Shown: positions 36,733 through 50,129 of the stretch, piece by piece | How positions within the stretch are numbered: position 1 is the first letter of the stretch | Layout of the letters: every line of letters starts with the position of its first letter | Assembly: GCF_018977255.1 (NCBI RefSeq) | Contig: NW_024704742.1 | Coordinates: forward strand, 15,934,001-15,998,000 | DNA from: Callorhinchus milii | Lineage: Eukaryota | Reading direction: 5' to 3' | Length of the DNA stretch: 64,000 nt | The notes under the pieces: generated by a model | What the model was told of the DNA's origin: nothing | The model's input: the letters and a program-made list of their open reading frames with translations, nothing else | Databases searched by the model: none | Made by a program: the position numbers and the translations under genes

Positions 36733-37107
36733 CACAGTGTGTTACCAGTCATTTGGGTTACTGTGATAGTCTGCCTTATGTGAAGACTATGTTTCCTAAC
36801 TTGATTGGTCAGAAAACAAGAGAAGAGACTGAGTTAAGTGCTGAGTATGTTCTTATAAGTGTTTTGAACAACTTACTAAATGGAGAGTGCAGCCCTGACC
36901 TCGAGCTACTGGGTTGTTCCATCTTAGTGCCACGTTGTGAGAAGAACGTGATTCTGAAGCCTTGTCGATATGTTTGTGAAGCAGTTAAAAAAGACTGCCA
37001 GCATGCATTTGAGATGATACATATGGCATGGCCATATTTCATGGACTGCGATCGCTTTTTTGTCAGTGAAGAAGAGGGTTGTTATGACCCTTTAGGAAGA
37101 GAAAGAG
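36733..37107 (+). CDS. CPZ: CPZ coding exon 3 (Frizzled cysteine-rich domain)
   Basis: ttttcacag|CA CAG TGT...AGA G|gtaaga; 375 nt. Ten Cys in FZ spacing; T-FPNL and MAWPYFMDC motifs. Confidence 0.96.
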
Positions 37108-38014
37108 GTAAGACTTTAATTTGTTGAAAGTAGAACGCTATACAGAGTAACCTAAATTTAACAGGAGAGATAATAGTGTAAACGGAATGGTTTTCACATT
37201 TTGACTTAAGTTAAGGTCTATTTCCTAACGCTGGGGTAAAATTATACCGGAGTCGAGATTTACTCTTATTTTCTTAGCATTTTAGGACATCAAGAATTTG
37301 TCAAAATCTTAATATAGCCTTAATTTTGAAGCTGGTCTTCTGTATGTTCTTTTATTGAAAAACCATTTCAATGTTACGACAAATTCAACAATTTGCCACA
37401 TTCTGTGTGCACAAAGTTCTGTATAAATCTAGAGCCAGGTGAAATTACTCCCCGCTTGTATTTTACACATCCAGTACATTAATTGACCATCAAAGGGCAA
37501 GGGCTAACTTCATGATTGAGCCAGCAGGAGGCATTATGAAACAGCATTGGAAGGAAACTTGGAGGGTCAAGAATACCTGCACCAGTCCAAGCAAGCACGT
37601 GCTAAAGTTCCAGTAGCTACCGAGCCATAATACATAATACCAAAGGTGCCGCCATAAATGAAGAAAAATTCAAAAAAGAAAAATTATTTTGTTGGTCAAC
37701 CACAAAGGTTGGTGACCTCTTCCCGAGACACTTCATCTGGTGTTGACCAAACTCTACAGAGTCTGAGTTTATTTAGCATGTATGGGTCTAAAAGAGACAC
37801 AGACTGGAAACTAAAAGTACCCACATCGAATTGGCTGCCAAATGAATAGAGTTGTTTTTGCTTTACTTTTTTGCCTGAATTGACAGTTTAATTTGAGCCT
37901 TTGATGTCTGCCTCTGACAAGTCTGCAAATTGCCTGTTTATTTTACCAAGAGAACATGAATGTTATGCATGGATCTTAATAGACAATCTCAATGTCATTC
38001 CTCTTATTTGACAG

Positions 38015-38218
38015 AAATGATCACAACAGATGAAGCAGAAGCACCTTTTACCTTGCTACAGTTTATACACCACAGCTATGTTGATATGACAAAATTATTG
38101 AAACGAACAGCATCCGTTTGCTCACATATCTCAACACTGTACACCATTGGTCGCAGTTTTGAAGGCAAAGATATTTATGTAATTGAGTTTTCAGATAATC
38201 CGGGGGAACATGAATTGC
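38015..38218 (+). CDS. CPZ: CPZ coding exon 4 (start of M14 peptidase domain)
   Basis: tttgacag|AA ATG...TTG C|gtaagt; 204 nt; FIHHSYVDM...YTIGRSFEGKDIYVIEFSDNPGEHEL. Confidence 0.93.
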
Positions 38219-39410
38219 GTAAGTATTGTGCTCATTCATCTTTCTATTTTATTCCCCATTCTCTTCTCACCCACTTTGAGCAGCACTCCAAGACACAATT
38301 TATCTAAATGGCTCTATGTAAATGCAAGTTGTTGTCATATCAGGGCCTTCAAAGATTCAGTATTTGAAAGTTACATTGATAATAGTGATAGGTACGAAAT
38401 AGGCTGTGCTGCATATAAACATGTAGAATAATTTAAAACTATCAGAAATAAAAGTAAATGAAATAAATACTTTTTATATCATTCTTGTGCAAAAAGAGAA
38501 GGGAGCTTCTCCCATTGTCCTAGCCAACAATCCTCCAGATAAAGGGTGTTTCGCCCACAAAATACGCAGTCAATTCACTTTACAGTATATTCTGTGAAGC
38601 GCTTTGAGACGTCTTGACGACGCTATATCAAATGCAAGGATTATTATTATAAAACTGGTTATTTACTTCATGGTTGTTTGTGGAACATTGTCTACCACAT
38701 TCACCTACAAATACAGTCACTACACTTCACAGTAAAAATTCTGTGAAGCACTTTGAGACATTTCAACCATGTGATAAGATGCTATAAACCAATGCATCTA
38801 GTGACCATCCTCATGGGGAGCGGGGGAATGTGGGGGGCTAAGGTAAGCTGAGTCTCTTCGGAGCTGATTCGGTTTCCAAGGTGACCCAGCTTGGCAACTC
38901 AATGTTAAAATTGAGTCAGTCTTGTGTGGTGGTCTCTGGAAGTCGGTTCCTGAGCCCGGCGGGTCTGCAGTACTCCAGGGCACTACTGATGACAGCCGTG
39001 ATTTTTCCCTCTCGGCTCCTGTTAGCCCTGCAAACCAGTCCTGCCTGACAGGAAGATTGGTCCTAGCTGGATAAGTATCAGAAAGCTTGCCTTTTCAATG
39101 GTAAGCTAATTTGTTTTAGCTGGTTATACTCCAGTAGTACCCCAACCCACACTTGGGATCCCAAGCTTGGCTCTTGTCAGTCTGCACCTAATACTCCCTA
39201 GAATTAAGTAAGCAGGATGCATCCCTCCAGGGAGAGAGTGCACATTCCATTTCAAAACACAGGAATTCCCAAGTATAGATAGGATGTATGGAACTTTTGA
39301 TCTGGTTTGGATGCTCTTGAGCACAGTGAAAGGTTTCCGCGTGTGTCCGACTCACCCGGCTAACCAAAAAAAGTCAAGTGAAAGAATTATTAAGGAATGT
39401 TTTTATTTAA

Positions 39411-39656
<246 letters not shown>

Positions 39657-40439
39657 TGAAGACCTTCCTATTCGACCATGCCTACAGTCACTTTCGTCTC
39701 CCCCCCCATCTTGGAGTCGTGCTCCCCCACTGTCAAGCGCTCTGGGATGCTACCCTGTGTGAGGGGCTCTATATAAATGCAAGTTGTTGTCGTTGTTAAT
39801 ACATACAACTTTGTTAGACTATACCTTGGTAGGGCGCAAATTCACTGGATGGACTGTGGATTTAGCTTCCAGAGCTAACTAACCCACTTCCTGCACTAAA
39901 AACTGGTCAATTTCCAGGTGGCCAAATCAACCCTGAAGTTGCTTTCCACACATCTACAAAGTAAAAGATATCACGGGGATTTGACAGCCTGGAATTTGGC
40001 TGGAGAAATATACAGGCTAATTGACTTACCCCATAAGCAAAGGACTATTAACCTTTAAAGGACCAGTGGATCTACCATGTCTCTTTTGTGGATGGATATC
40101 TTAGTTCATTTGGCTTTCAAATCACATACTGTAGTACTATAAAAATATTAGACATATAAATAAAATTAAAATAAAGCCATTGTACAATAAGATAGCTTCA
40201 TTACTATATTACACTAAATTACTGCAAATAAATCCATAAAAAAAAACATTTTAAAAATGGTGCTGATATGTTGGGTTGACTTTCTTAACAAAAAATTATT
40301 TTTCCTATCCTATACTTATTACTAATTTTACCTTTGAAACCTTCTATCTCCTTGCTCCTACAGTCCATTTGGAAGTCCTCACTTTCAAAATAGATTTTTT
40401 TTACTGACTGAAAAGTGTTTTTGTAGGTTGGTTTTCACA

Positions 40440-40665
40440 AAACCACAAGATTGGTTTGGATGAAGAAGGTCAATTGGCCCATCCAATCTCATCCTTCCAG
40501 AACACTGACCCTGCCATCCCCTCATCACAGCATCAAGCAGCTTTTTAAATGAGTCCAGTGACCTGGCTGGACCAACCACCTTTCCTGGCAACCTATTGAT
40601 TACCCTCTGAGTAAAGCAGAACTTTCTCAATCTGCCATTTACAACTCTAAACCTATGTCCTCATT
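40440..40665 (-). mobile_element. CR1-clade LINE 3' fragment (others ~680-800, 13700-14250, 30860-31120, 33770-33880, 41375-41690 plus 42120-42260, 52540-52810, 63620-63740 on -; ~41700-42115 and 45590-45745 on +)
   Basis: Minus frame RKFCFTQRVIN-LPGKVV...SFKKLLD is the typical CR1 ORF2 C-terminus. Shared TCTCATCCTTCCAGAA...ACCACCCTTCCTGG...ATTACCCTCTG blocks. Confidence 0.75.
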
Positions 40666-42309
40666 TGTGGGCAATAGAAAGCTGAATAGTAGACTGATAG
40701 GGCCAAGTCATCAGAGCGATGAGGCGAATCATTGATACAGAAATGGCTTTAGATCAGGAAATGGGAGGTGTAGTCTAACACACTTATTAGTCCCACAGAG
40801 ATTGTGTTGGTTGAGTGCTTATCTGTGATCTTCCAAGAATCAAAATTAACCAACTCGTCGAAGCAAGACTGGAGATCAGAGGATTTTTTTGTCCCTACAA
40901 GAAGGTGGATTTCTAGAAAAATCTGCTGATGCTGTTAATTTGCACTTTCAGCTGGGAATAATTGGCTGGGAACAATATTGGAAATGATGAGGACAGTGTG
41001 CAACTAAGATGAACAAATATACCACCAGAAACAATAATTTTTGTACAGCTGCAACCAGGAATCAGGGAAACAATCTAGTGATTTTACTTGGTTGGAGATC
41101 GGCTTTGCAGAGTAGTTTCCTGTAAAAAATTGAAGGGGCAGTTGCAATTTGTGATTTGGTAGGTTATACGTAGTGTATGGAAAGAATGGGATAGATTGAA
41201 CTGTCTTTTCTCATTTCATGCTTTCGTATTGGTGTCACCATTAAACTTCAAAGCACAGGTGCATCCATACCCACAGTATCAGAATTTTGTTGCTTCAGGT
41301 ATTCAGTAAACTAATACAAATCAAACCAATTTCACCCATTTTGAAGTCATAGTTCAACTTATTACCCATTGTCATAAGATCATAATGATTCAGATAAAGA
41401 AGGTCCTTCAACCTATTTGATCTTATCCAGTCCTTATCATCTTCCCACCACAGAATTAAGCTTTTTGTCAGAATTCTGGTCCTAAAACCGCTTCCTGGTA
41501 AACTGTTCTAGTCATTAATTACTTTCTTGTTTTAAAAAATAAATTCCTGGTGTCTGTCTTGAAATTGCACTTTTCTATCCTAAATCTGTACCCTCTTGTT
41601 ATGCTCTCCTACTATATCTGAAAGTATTGTTTTGGGCTTATTTTCTCAATTTTATTTAAAATCCTATACAGTATATCTCTATAAGGCTACTAAGGTGATA
41701 CCAAGGCTGACACTTAATGCTATCAGGATAGACTGAATAGATTAGGCCTTTTTTGCTAGAGATGAGAAATTTAAGAGGGTACCGAATAGAGGGTTTGATA
41801 AGGTTAGCATAATTAGACTCTTTTCACTGGTTGGGGAGCTGGTAATACAAGTATAAGGGGATCTAAAAGAGAATTTAGGAGGAACTACTTCACGCAGAGG
41901 GTAGTGACATTGTGGAACTTGCTGCTTGAAGCGATGGTTGGACCAAATAATATAGAAGTATTCAAGAGGAAGCAAGACCTTCAAGTGAGGGACAGGTGAT
42001 TAGAGGGCTATGGGAGACAGTAAGGAATCGGTGGAGACTCATGCAGAGTATAAACACAGGCATGAACTGGTTGGGTTGAGTGGCCTGTTTCCATTCAGCT
42101 GTACATCCTTTGTAAATCTTTGTGAAGACCCCTCTGAGAAATCTTTTCAAGGCTGAAGAGTCCTAACATTTCTAATAGTTGGTCATTGCTCTGCCATTGG
42201 GTATCATACTTACAGCTCTGCTCTGCATTGCCTCTTCTATGGCCTGCACTGTCAGTAATGCTTGTTTGTGTGAAGATACCTGATAGAGTTCATTTCACCT
42301 ATAATGCAG

Positions 42310-42471
42310 GGTCCCGGCTACAATGGATGGGCAAATGGACGGGTTAATGCTCAAAGCCTCGACTTGAATAGAAATTTTCCAGACCTCACATCAATATTTT
42401 ATCGAGAAAGAAGGAGAAGAGGAGGCCGGGTTGACCATATCCCAATTCCAAGGTCTTACTGGAACGGTAAG
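42310..42471 (+). CDS. CPZ: CPZ coding exon 6
   Basis: aatgcag|GGT CCC...AAG|gtatga; 162 nt; GPGYNGWANGRVNAQSLDLNRNFPDL...HIPIPRSYWNGK. Not in the ORF track. Confidence 0.95.
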
Positions 42472-42534
42472 GTATGAACTGTTAACATGATATCTATTGT
42501 ATTGTGGCCTGTTTTGTTAACATGTTTCCTGCCT

Positions 42535-42910
42535 AATAAATAATAATCCTTGCATTTGATATAACGCCTTATCATGTCTTCAAAATATCTCAAAGTGCTT
42601 CACAGAATAATACTGTTCAGTGAATTGACTGTACATTTTGTGGGCAAAATGTGGCAGCCAATTGCACACAGTAGTGTCCCACAAACAGTCGTGGATTGAG
42701 TGACCAATTTATTATATTTTTTTTGAAGGAATTATTACCCCCAGAAAAGCGATTCACCAATCGACTAACAACCAGGTTTCTTCTTACTGCTAGGTAAACA
42801 GAGATGTGTGTAAGGAAAGATGAGTAAGGAAACTTGCCCAACATTTTGCCCTACTGGGAATCAAACCCCGGTCTCTCACTTGCGAGGCGAGTGCTCTAAC
42901 CGCTACAGGC
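42535..42910 (-). mobile_element. SINE, long-body variant
   Basis: Reverse complement of consensus, with the extra internal segment. Confidence 0.87.
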
Positions 42911-43473
42911 CTATTAGGAATAACTTCAAGCAATATTATTCAATAGGCATTACATTTTTTTTAATGTTTCAAGATCACTAGTTATAATATTATTTTACTC
43001 ATTACATTGAAGGTGGACTAGAATCTATTTTCCTCCTTAAAATCACTTGTAATAAAATAGTGAAGTGCACCGTTTACTGAATATTAAAAAAAAGCAAGGT
43101 TAATTTATTTCTGTAGGATTAAGCTACTCTTGGCATTTGAATAGCTCTATTACTCCAATCTTAGTGTTTGTTTTTGTGCTATGGTCAAAAAGGAGAGGAA
43201 TTGGCCAGACAGGGAGCTTAGAATGTTCCTCGACTTGTCAACTGAAAATAAAAAGAAGTTGGTTGCTATTTATCATGCACCTAAACAAACTGATACAACA
43301 AGAAGCCTGAATAAATGCAATATTTTACACCTTTACTCATTGGTATAAAAAATAGCAAATTATGTTAAATCAAAAAAGGGTAAAATTATGTATTACAAAT
43401 GATATATGTATTTTATGTAAAACACTGATTTTATTTTAAATCACAATGATTCCTTTTTATACTTCAATTGTAG

Positions 43474-43632
43474 ACTGCACCTGAAACGAGGGCCGTTATA
43501 AAATGGATGAAGAAAATTCCTTTTGTTCTGTCTGCAAGCTTGCATGGTGGAGATTTAGTAGCAAGTTATCCTTTTGACTTATCAAGGCATCCAAGTGAAA
43601 ATAAGTTTTTCTCTCCAACACCGGATGAAAAG
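43474..43632 (+). CDS. CPZ: CPZ coding exon 7 (third zinc ligand His)
   Basis: ttgtag|ACT GCA CCT GAA...AAG|gtatat; 159 nt; TAPETRAVIKWM...SASLHGGDLVASYPFD...PTPDEK. Confidence 0.96.
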
Positions 43633-43720
43633 GTATATTGCTTACTACATGTGACATGTGTTTTGGAAATTAAAAACAAGCTGAATGGAAACAAGTTCAG
43701 TGTCGTATTTATAATTCCAG

Positions 43721-43856
43721 ATGTTCAAGATATTGGCTAGAACATATGCTGATGCACATCCTCGTATGTCAGACCCATCGGAGTACAGATGTGGAGGAAA
43801 CTTTGGTGACAAAGGAGGCATCATAAACGGAGCACAGTGGTACAGCTTTTCTGGAG
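43721..43856 (+). CDS. CPZ: CPZ coding exon 8
   Basis: ttccag|ATG TTC AAG...GGA G|gtacat; 136 nt after an 88-nt intron; MFKILARTYADAHP...GIINGAQWYSFSG. Confidence 0.95.
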
Positions 43857-45003
43857 GTACATCACCATTACATGGACTTAAGCAAAATTAGATACACATT
43901 TTCATTGCCTCACTTCTAATGATATTCTGCAGTTCTGAAAAATAATAGTTTCCCTGACGCTTTTCTACCCGTCAAACACCTCAATTGAATCCTTTGCCAA
44001 ATTGTTATCTAATTCCCCTTTGAAATTGCTGATGTAATCTGCTTCCAATTGTTCCTGTGGGACAGCTGTTTCACACGTCCACTCTACTTAAGCCAACCAA
44101 TGCTGAGTTTGTCTGGATCAGGGTCCAACTGGCAGCCTGCGGGCCAATCTTCGACTCCCCTCCCCCCCCCCCCCCCACCTCCCCCATTGGGCAGGGGAGT
44201 TAACCTGAAATGATAAACTTTGTTAAGAAATATCATAATCCATAATATTAGATTCAAAGGATTTTACAGCACAGGAAGCCATTTTTGATCGATTATTATC
44301 ATTTTATATCAAATGATATTTTATATCAAATACCTTTCCAAAAACTATTATAGATTCAGCCTCAGCCATCATTTTGATGGAGCCAAATGCAAATGAGTGC
44401 AAATGAAATCCTCTTAATCTTTCCTTTTGTCTTTTTTGTATTGATGTTAAATTTAAAGGCGTCAATGTAGAGATTCTTCTTACCTTCACTCCTTGCCACA
44501 GAGAGAATGACAGCTAGATCTGTCCTGAGAAATTTGCAAAAGGTTCAGTCTGAAGTCTTCCTACCACAAGATGACATATCATCACTCAACTAGAACATTA
44601 GCCAATTCCAGGCATCAGCTAGGTTGCAGTTTCCCCTTTATTCAAGGAACCCATTATTAATGCTCTTCAATATAATGCTGCTTCTTAGAGAGGTAATCAA
44701 TGCTGACATTCTGTGTCCTCATCATGAAAATTCTGTTGTGAAATTAGCATTAATAGATTAGGATGCACATTGTAAGAACAGTGCAATATATAAATACAAT
44801 TTACATCGAGAGGATATCTCAGAACTTTACACTGCATGAGAGCTGCCGGCTGATTTTCAGTGCCATTGCCGTTGACCTTATGCTGTTAGCTGCCATTAGT
44901 TTGAACCCTCACTTATATAAGGCAACTCCCAGCTCAGGTCCAAAAAACTCTGCCTGTCCAGTGCCCTGGGACGTCTTTTTGATGTGAAGGGTACTATACT
45001 CAG

Positions 45004-45310
45004 TGCAGTCCTGTAGCTCAGTGGTTAGAGCACTCGCTTTGAGATCTGGGTTAGATTCCCGGCATGGTAAAACCTTTGGTAAATTTCCTTACTCCACACA
45101 GCTGATAATAATCCCTGAAAAAAACAATAATAGATTGGTTATTTCAATCCACGACTGTTTGTGCGTCACTGCTGTGCACAATTGGCTGCTGTGTTTCTCC
45201 TACAAATATACGGTCAATTCACTTACAGTCTACTCTGTGAAGCGCTTTGAGACATCGAGAAGATGTGAAAACCGCTATATCAAATGCAAGGATTATTATT
45301 ATATTATTAT
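45004..45310 (+). mobile_element. full-length SINE nested in an L2 3' tail
   Basis: Head GCAGTCCTGTAGCTCAGTGG; flanks GGGACGTC...GGGTACTATAC and TACAAGTGTAATTTGTTGTTGTTG are the two halves of an L2 tail. Confidence 0.88.
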
Positions 45311-46427
45311 TACAAGTGTAATTTGTTGTTGTTGGAAGTTTCTGGTTCCCAACACTCGCTAGTACCATTCTATTTTGGAATTTGTGATAAAAACAGATCC
45401 TTGTCATATTGCCTGGGCAGAATGATTGAATAATCAGAAATCCAATTTTCTTAAATGTTAATTGCAATGCTGAAGCTTTAGGTAATAAAATATTGTCCCT
45501 CAAATTTCACAACTTTGGGCTTATTTTTTCTCTATGTTGTTTTATCCCTATTGTTGATATGTTACCTTATTAAGCACACACTAGCTAGCGAGATAGATAG
45601 ATTTCTTATTGCAAAAGGGATTAAGGGATATGGGGAGAAGGCAGGGTCAGGTTATTAGCTGGTGTTAGATTAGAAGATCAGCCATGATTGAATGATGGGG
45701 CAGGCTCGAAGGGCCGAATGGCCTACTCCTGCTCCTACATGTTATGTTATAACTTGTTTCCCCTTAAGCTGCCAATTCTTGTCCTCCAGTTTTTCCAACT
45801 ACCCTCCTTGAAATCGTTTGATTATTTGACTACCCATAAAGTTAAAGGATGCCTGTCTGCTCTCTGGTTCTGTGCCCAAATGTCCATTCTTGTTGTGGGA
45901 GCCTTGACAGCAAATATTGGCAGGCGATTGAAACTCAGGGGGTTTTGCCAATTATGTCCTCACCTGCTATCCACTCATGCACACTTTCCAGCAGGGGCCT
46001 CTGACATCAACACTGACTGATTTTCCTTTCACTAACCCAAGGGTTCTGAAATTAATTGTAACACCCCTATTGATACCCTATCTCAAATCAGCTAATTGAG
46101 CACAAACTGGAAGTGCAAAATTTCTTTGCACCTTACAATAATAATCCTTACATTTGATATAATGCCTTTCATGTTGACAGGATGTCTCAAAGCTCTTCAC
46201 AGGATATACTGCAAAGTGCAGCGATTGTCTGCAAACACGCAGTTAAAAAAAGCCTGATTATTCGCAATGAGAACTGAATTTCTATGCTTTAGATAGAAAA
46301 AGGTTTATTTGCAACCTTGGCAACTGCAAGCATGTTGCCATAAAAGAGTCTCACGTAACCATTTACTTGTTATATAAACTAACTTCACACAAAAACAAAT
46401 CTTGTAACATCTATTATATCATTTCAG

Positions 46428-46567
46428 GAATGGACGATTTTACTTACCTACACACAAACTGTTTTGGAATAACATTGGAAATAGGGTGTGAGAAGTTTCC
46501 TGTTAGTGATGATCTCTATCCAGCCTGGCAAGAAAACAAAGAGGCACTGCTGACATATATGGAATTG
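46428..46567 (+). CDS. CPZ: CPZ coding exon 9 (catalytic Glu)
   Basis: atttcag|GA ATG GAC...TTG|gtacat; 140 nt; GMDDFTYLHTNCFGITLEIGCEKFP...ENKEALLTYMEL. Confidence 0.96.
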
Positions 46568-47239
46568 GTACATTGCTTTCTTTCATAATTTAATTAGTCT
46601 ATCAGTTAAGAAATCTGAAATAAGGCTTCTGTAAGTAAAAGCTCTGAGATGAATTATAATGCTGCTATTGTGTCATTATCAAAGTACTAACTAGGCAAAG
46701 AATGATTTCATGGTGTCAGGCCATTAGTCAACCTAATAAGCTTAGGTTGAATGAAGGCTTGCCTGAAGCCCTACTGCCTGCTCACACCTGGCTGGAGCTC
46801 GCTTGTCTCCTCATACTTGGCTGACATTTATACTGTTTGTATGTTGGAATGCCAGTGCTGAGATGCGCAAAATATCACAGTCCTCCAGGAGGTTATATAA
46901 AATGACAGTTCTGTTTTACATTCACAATTTAGCATTTTATATACAATAGAGAGCTAATTATTCACAATAATTGGGACTAACACCTTTGTGGATAACAAAA
47001 CAGTGTAGATGATTGGACATTGTACAAAATGCAAATTGGCTAAAGTGACAGCCCAAAACTTCTTCCATCAGGAGGTACATTGTCACTTTGCCTCCAAAAT
47101 GGGAAATATTAATCCATGGCTGATGGTTATGCAAATGAGTAGTTGAGATAATAGATGTTGAGAAGATACAACTATTTGTGAGTGGAATTACTCTAGATGT
47201 TTTACACATTTAAAAAAGATTGAGTTGTAGAACTGGAGT

Positions 47240-47542
47240 GGAGTTCTGTAGCTCAGTGGTTAGAGCACTCACCTCTCAAGCAACAGACCGAGGTTCGATA
47301 CCCGGCAGAACGAAACTTTGGGCAAGTTTCCTTACTCCACACACCTAATAATAATCCCTCAATAAAAAAACACAATAAATTGGTCACTTCAATTCACGAT
47401 TGTTTGCGGGACACTGCTGTGCGCAATTGGCTGCTGCATTTCGCCCACAAATATACAGTCAATTCACTTTACAGTATATTCTGTTCTTGAGATGTCTCGA
47501 AGACATGAAAAGCGCTATATCAAATGCAAGGATTATTATTAT
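47240..47542 (+). mobile_element. full-length SINE
   Basis: GGAGTTCTGTAGCTCAGTGG ... GGTTCGATACC ... (ATT)n. Confidence 0.9.
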
Positions 47543-48217
47543 TAGAACATTTTGTTGTAAAAGTACATTAAACAATGAGATCCACATACATAAATAGTGA
47601 ACTGTTCTCGATTATGGATTTTTAAAAATACTTTTAATAATTTCACAATAACAAAACTGTTAGGGCTAAAGCACTTCCTTCCTGCTGCCAGCTTCCTGCT
47701 GTACAGGCAAATTGCAAATTCAAGCACAACTGGACTTCTACTGTCAGTATTGCAGCCCCATATTCACTTTCACATCAGAGCCTGATGTGAATAAGTGAAC
47801 AAGAGAATAATTGATGCATGGAAACGTGACTATCTATATATCAATAAAAGGTAGCCTCAGATATTTCTTTTCAAAATTGACGAGCACTAATTTATTAATT
47901 AATCCTCCAGCTCATCCCTCCCTCTAATAATACTTATTGCTCTCCTCTGAATTGTCTTTAGGGTCAGGGTAGTATTTTATGTTGTGGCAACAGTTGCTTG
48001 GCATGGAACACAGTATGCAGTTCCGGTTACCAGAGGAGCCTTGCTCAGTTTGCTTATTAAAGAATCCCATTAGAAATCACTAGATATTAGATGCTATGTC
48101 AAATTTTTTTTAGTGATAGTCTGCTGGTGTGTTACATTATGCATATGTTTTGATTTGGGAGAGAAAATTATCTCACGTTTCCCTAAATATTTATTCTACA
48201 CTGTATTGTTAAAATAT

Positions 48218-48545
48218 TAGATAATAATAATAAATAATAATAATCCTTGCATTTGATATAGCGCCTTACCAAGTCGTTGAGACGTCTCAAAGTGCTTCAC
48301 AGAATATACTGTACAGTGGATTGACTGTGTATTTTGTGGGTGAAACATGACAGCCAATTGCATACAGTGTCTCATATACAGTCGTGGATTAAGTGACCAC
48401 ATTTTTTGAGGGATTATTACTCCCGGAAAGTGACCACTTATTGCTAGGCAAACAAAGATGTGTGGCGTAAGGCAACTTGCCTAAAGTTTTGCCCTGCCGG
48501 GAATCGAACCCAGAGACTCTCACTAGCAAGGTGAGCGCTAACCAC
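48218..48545 (-). mobile_element. SINE (diverged)
   Basis: Reverse complement of consensus, ending ~110 nt before CPZ exon 10. Confidence 0.85.
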
Positions 48546-48614
48546 TTCGCAGAGGATACCTCATTTTAAGTTTTCTGATAAAACACTGAATTCCATAGTT
48601 GTGTAACACATTAA

Positions 48615-48785
<171 letters not shown>

Positions 48786-49074
48786 TAAAAATGGCATGAA
48801 ACTCAATAGAGTAAAACAAAACTTTAGAAAATAGAATTTCATCAAAAGTGTAGTGACAATAAAATTCGCACAAGGCTGATCTGTATAAATCCTACAAACA
48901 CCTAAGTCGTACATCTGCCCAAGTCCAGTTCAAGAGTTTATATTCCATGCACGTTTGACATAACTCACACTTTGCATAAATCATATTAAATTGGGACTGG
49001 TGATGTGTTAATATTCACTAGTGGTAATTATCGGAAAGTAGAAAATTGAACTCTTTCCTTGTCTTTTTCGCTGT

Positions 49075-49822
49075 TGGATATCAAGTCCTGGATGAGGGCA
49101 AATTTCATATAGTTGAATGTGAACAAGACTGAGACCCTCCTGATTGGCTCGCACCAGAGCCTCTGCACCTCAGGCTCTGGCAGCATCAACCTCTATGGTT
49201 GCACACTTCAACTCACCAAGCCAGTCAGGAACCCAGGTGTCTTGTTCGACCCTCAACTGTCTTCTCCACATCCAAGCCATGACCCGCTTTGCCTTCCCTT
49301 CCCTCAGTAACATCGCCCAACTCCGGCACTACCTCACCCCTCAGGCCGCTGAAACTCTTGTTCATGCCTTCATCGCCTCCAGGGTTGACTATGCAAGTGC
49401 CCTGTTTGTCGGCCTTCCCAACTCCTCCCTCCACAGGCTGCAGATAATCCAGTACTCTGCAGCCGATGTCCTGTCCCGCACCAAACTCCATGACTCCAGC
49501 TCCCCCATTCTCGCCCGACTCCATTGGCTTCCTATTCTTCAGAGGATCCGGTTCAAGATCCTGGTCCTCACCTACAAAGCCTTCCATGGCCAAGCCCCAC
49601 CCCATTTCTATGACCTCCTAGACCCTACCAACCCGCCCGCTCCCTCCGCTCAGCCGACACCGGCCTGCTCCACGTCCCCCGACCCCTCCCGCTCCACCAT
49701 TGGCAGAAGAGCCTTCAGCCACTCTGCCCCCAATCTCGAATTCCATCCCCCAATCACTCCGCCTCACCCCCTCCTTAGCCTCTTCAAGTCCTGCCTCAAA
49801 ACCCTCCTCTTCGACCATTCCA
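49075..49822 (+). mobile_element. L2 fragment (C-terminal part of ORF2)
   Basis: LNVNKTETLLIG...AETLVHAFIASRVDY...LHWLPILQRIRFK. Confidence 0.9.
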
Positions 49823-50129
49823 TCGGTAATAAATAAGCCATTACAACAGTATGACCACTATCAGGAAAATAACCCTCTATCGGACAAATATTCTTACTCC
49901 CAAGTAAAATGCATAGAAACATCAAGAGGTACACTTACCACCAAACAACAACTCTAAACTTTAGTGATTGATAATTGTAATATATATATATTAAAATAAG
50001 AATAAATATACAGGCTTTTCAGCTTGTATGAAAACCTTTCAATGTTGAATGATATTTCATAGATAATGTTGAATTTCAATGTTGAATGATATTTCAATAT
50101 TATTGTGTTTTTCTATTTTTTGACTCTAG

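Noticed and set aside
36733-36738. Tandem acceptor CACAGCACAG at exon 3 and alternative donor G|GTAAGG at 42467 in exon 6
   Set aside because: Both shift the frame by 5 nt and would truncate CPZ; no support without RNA data.
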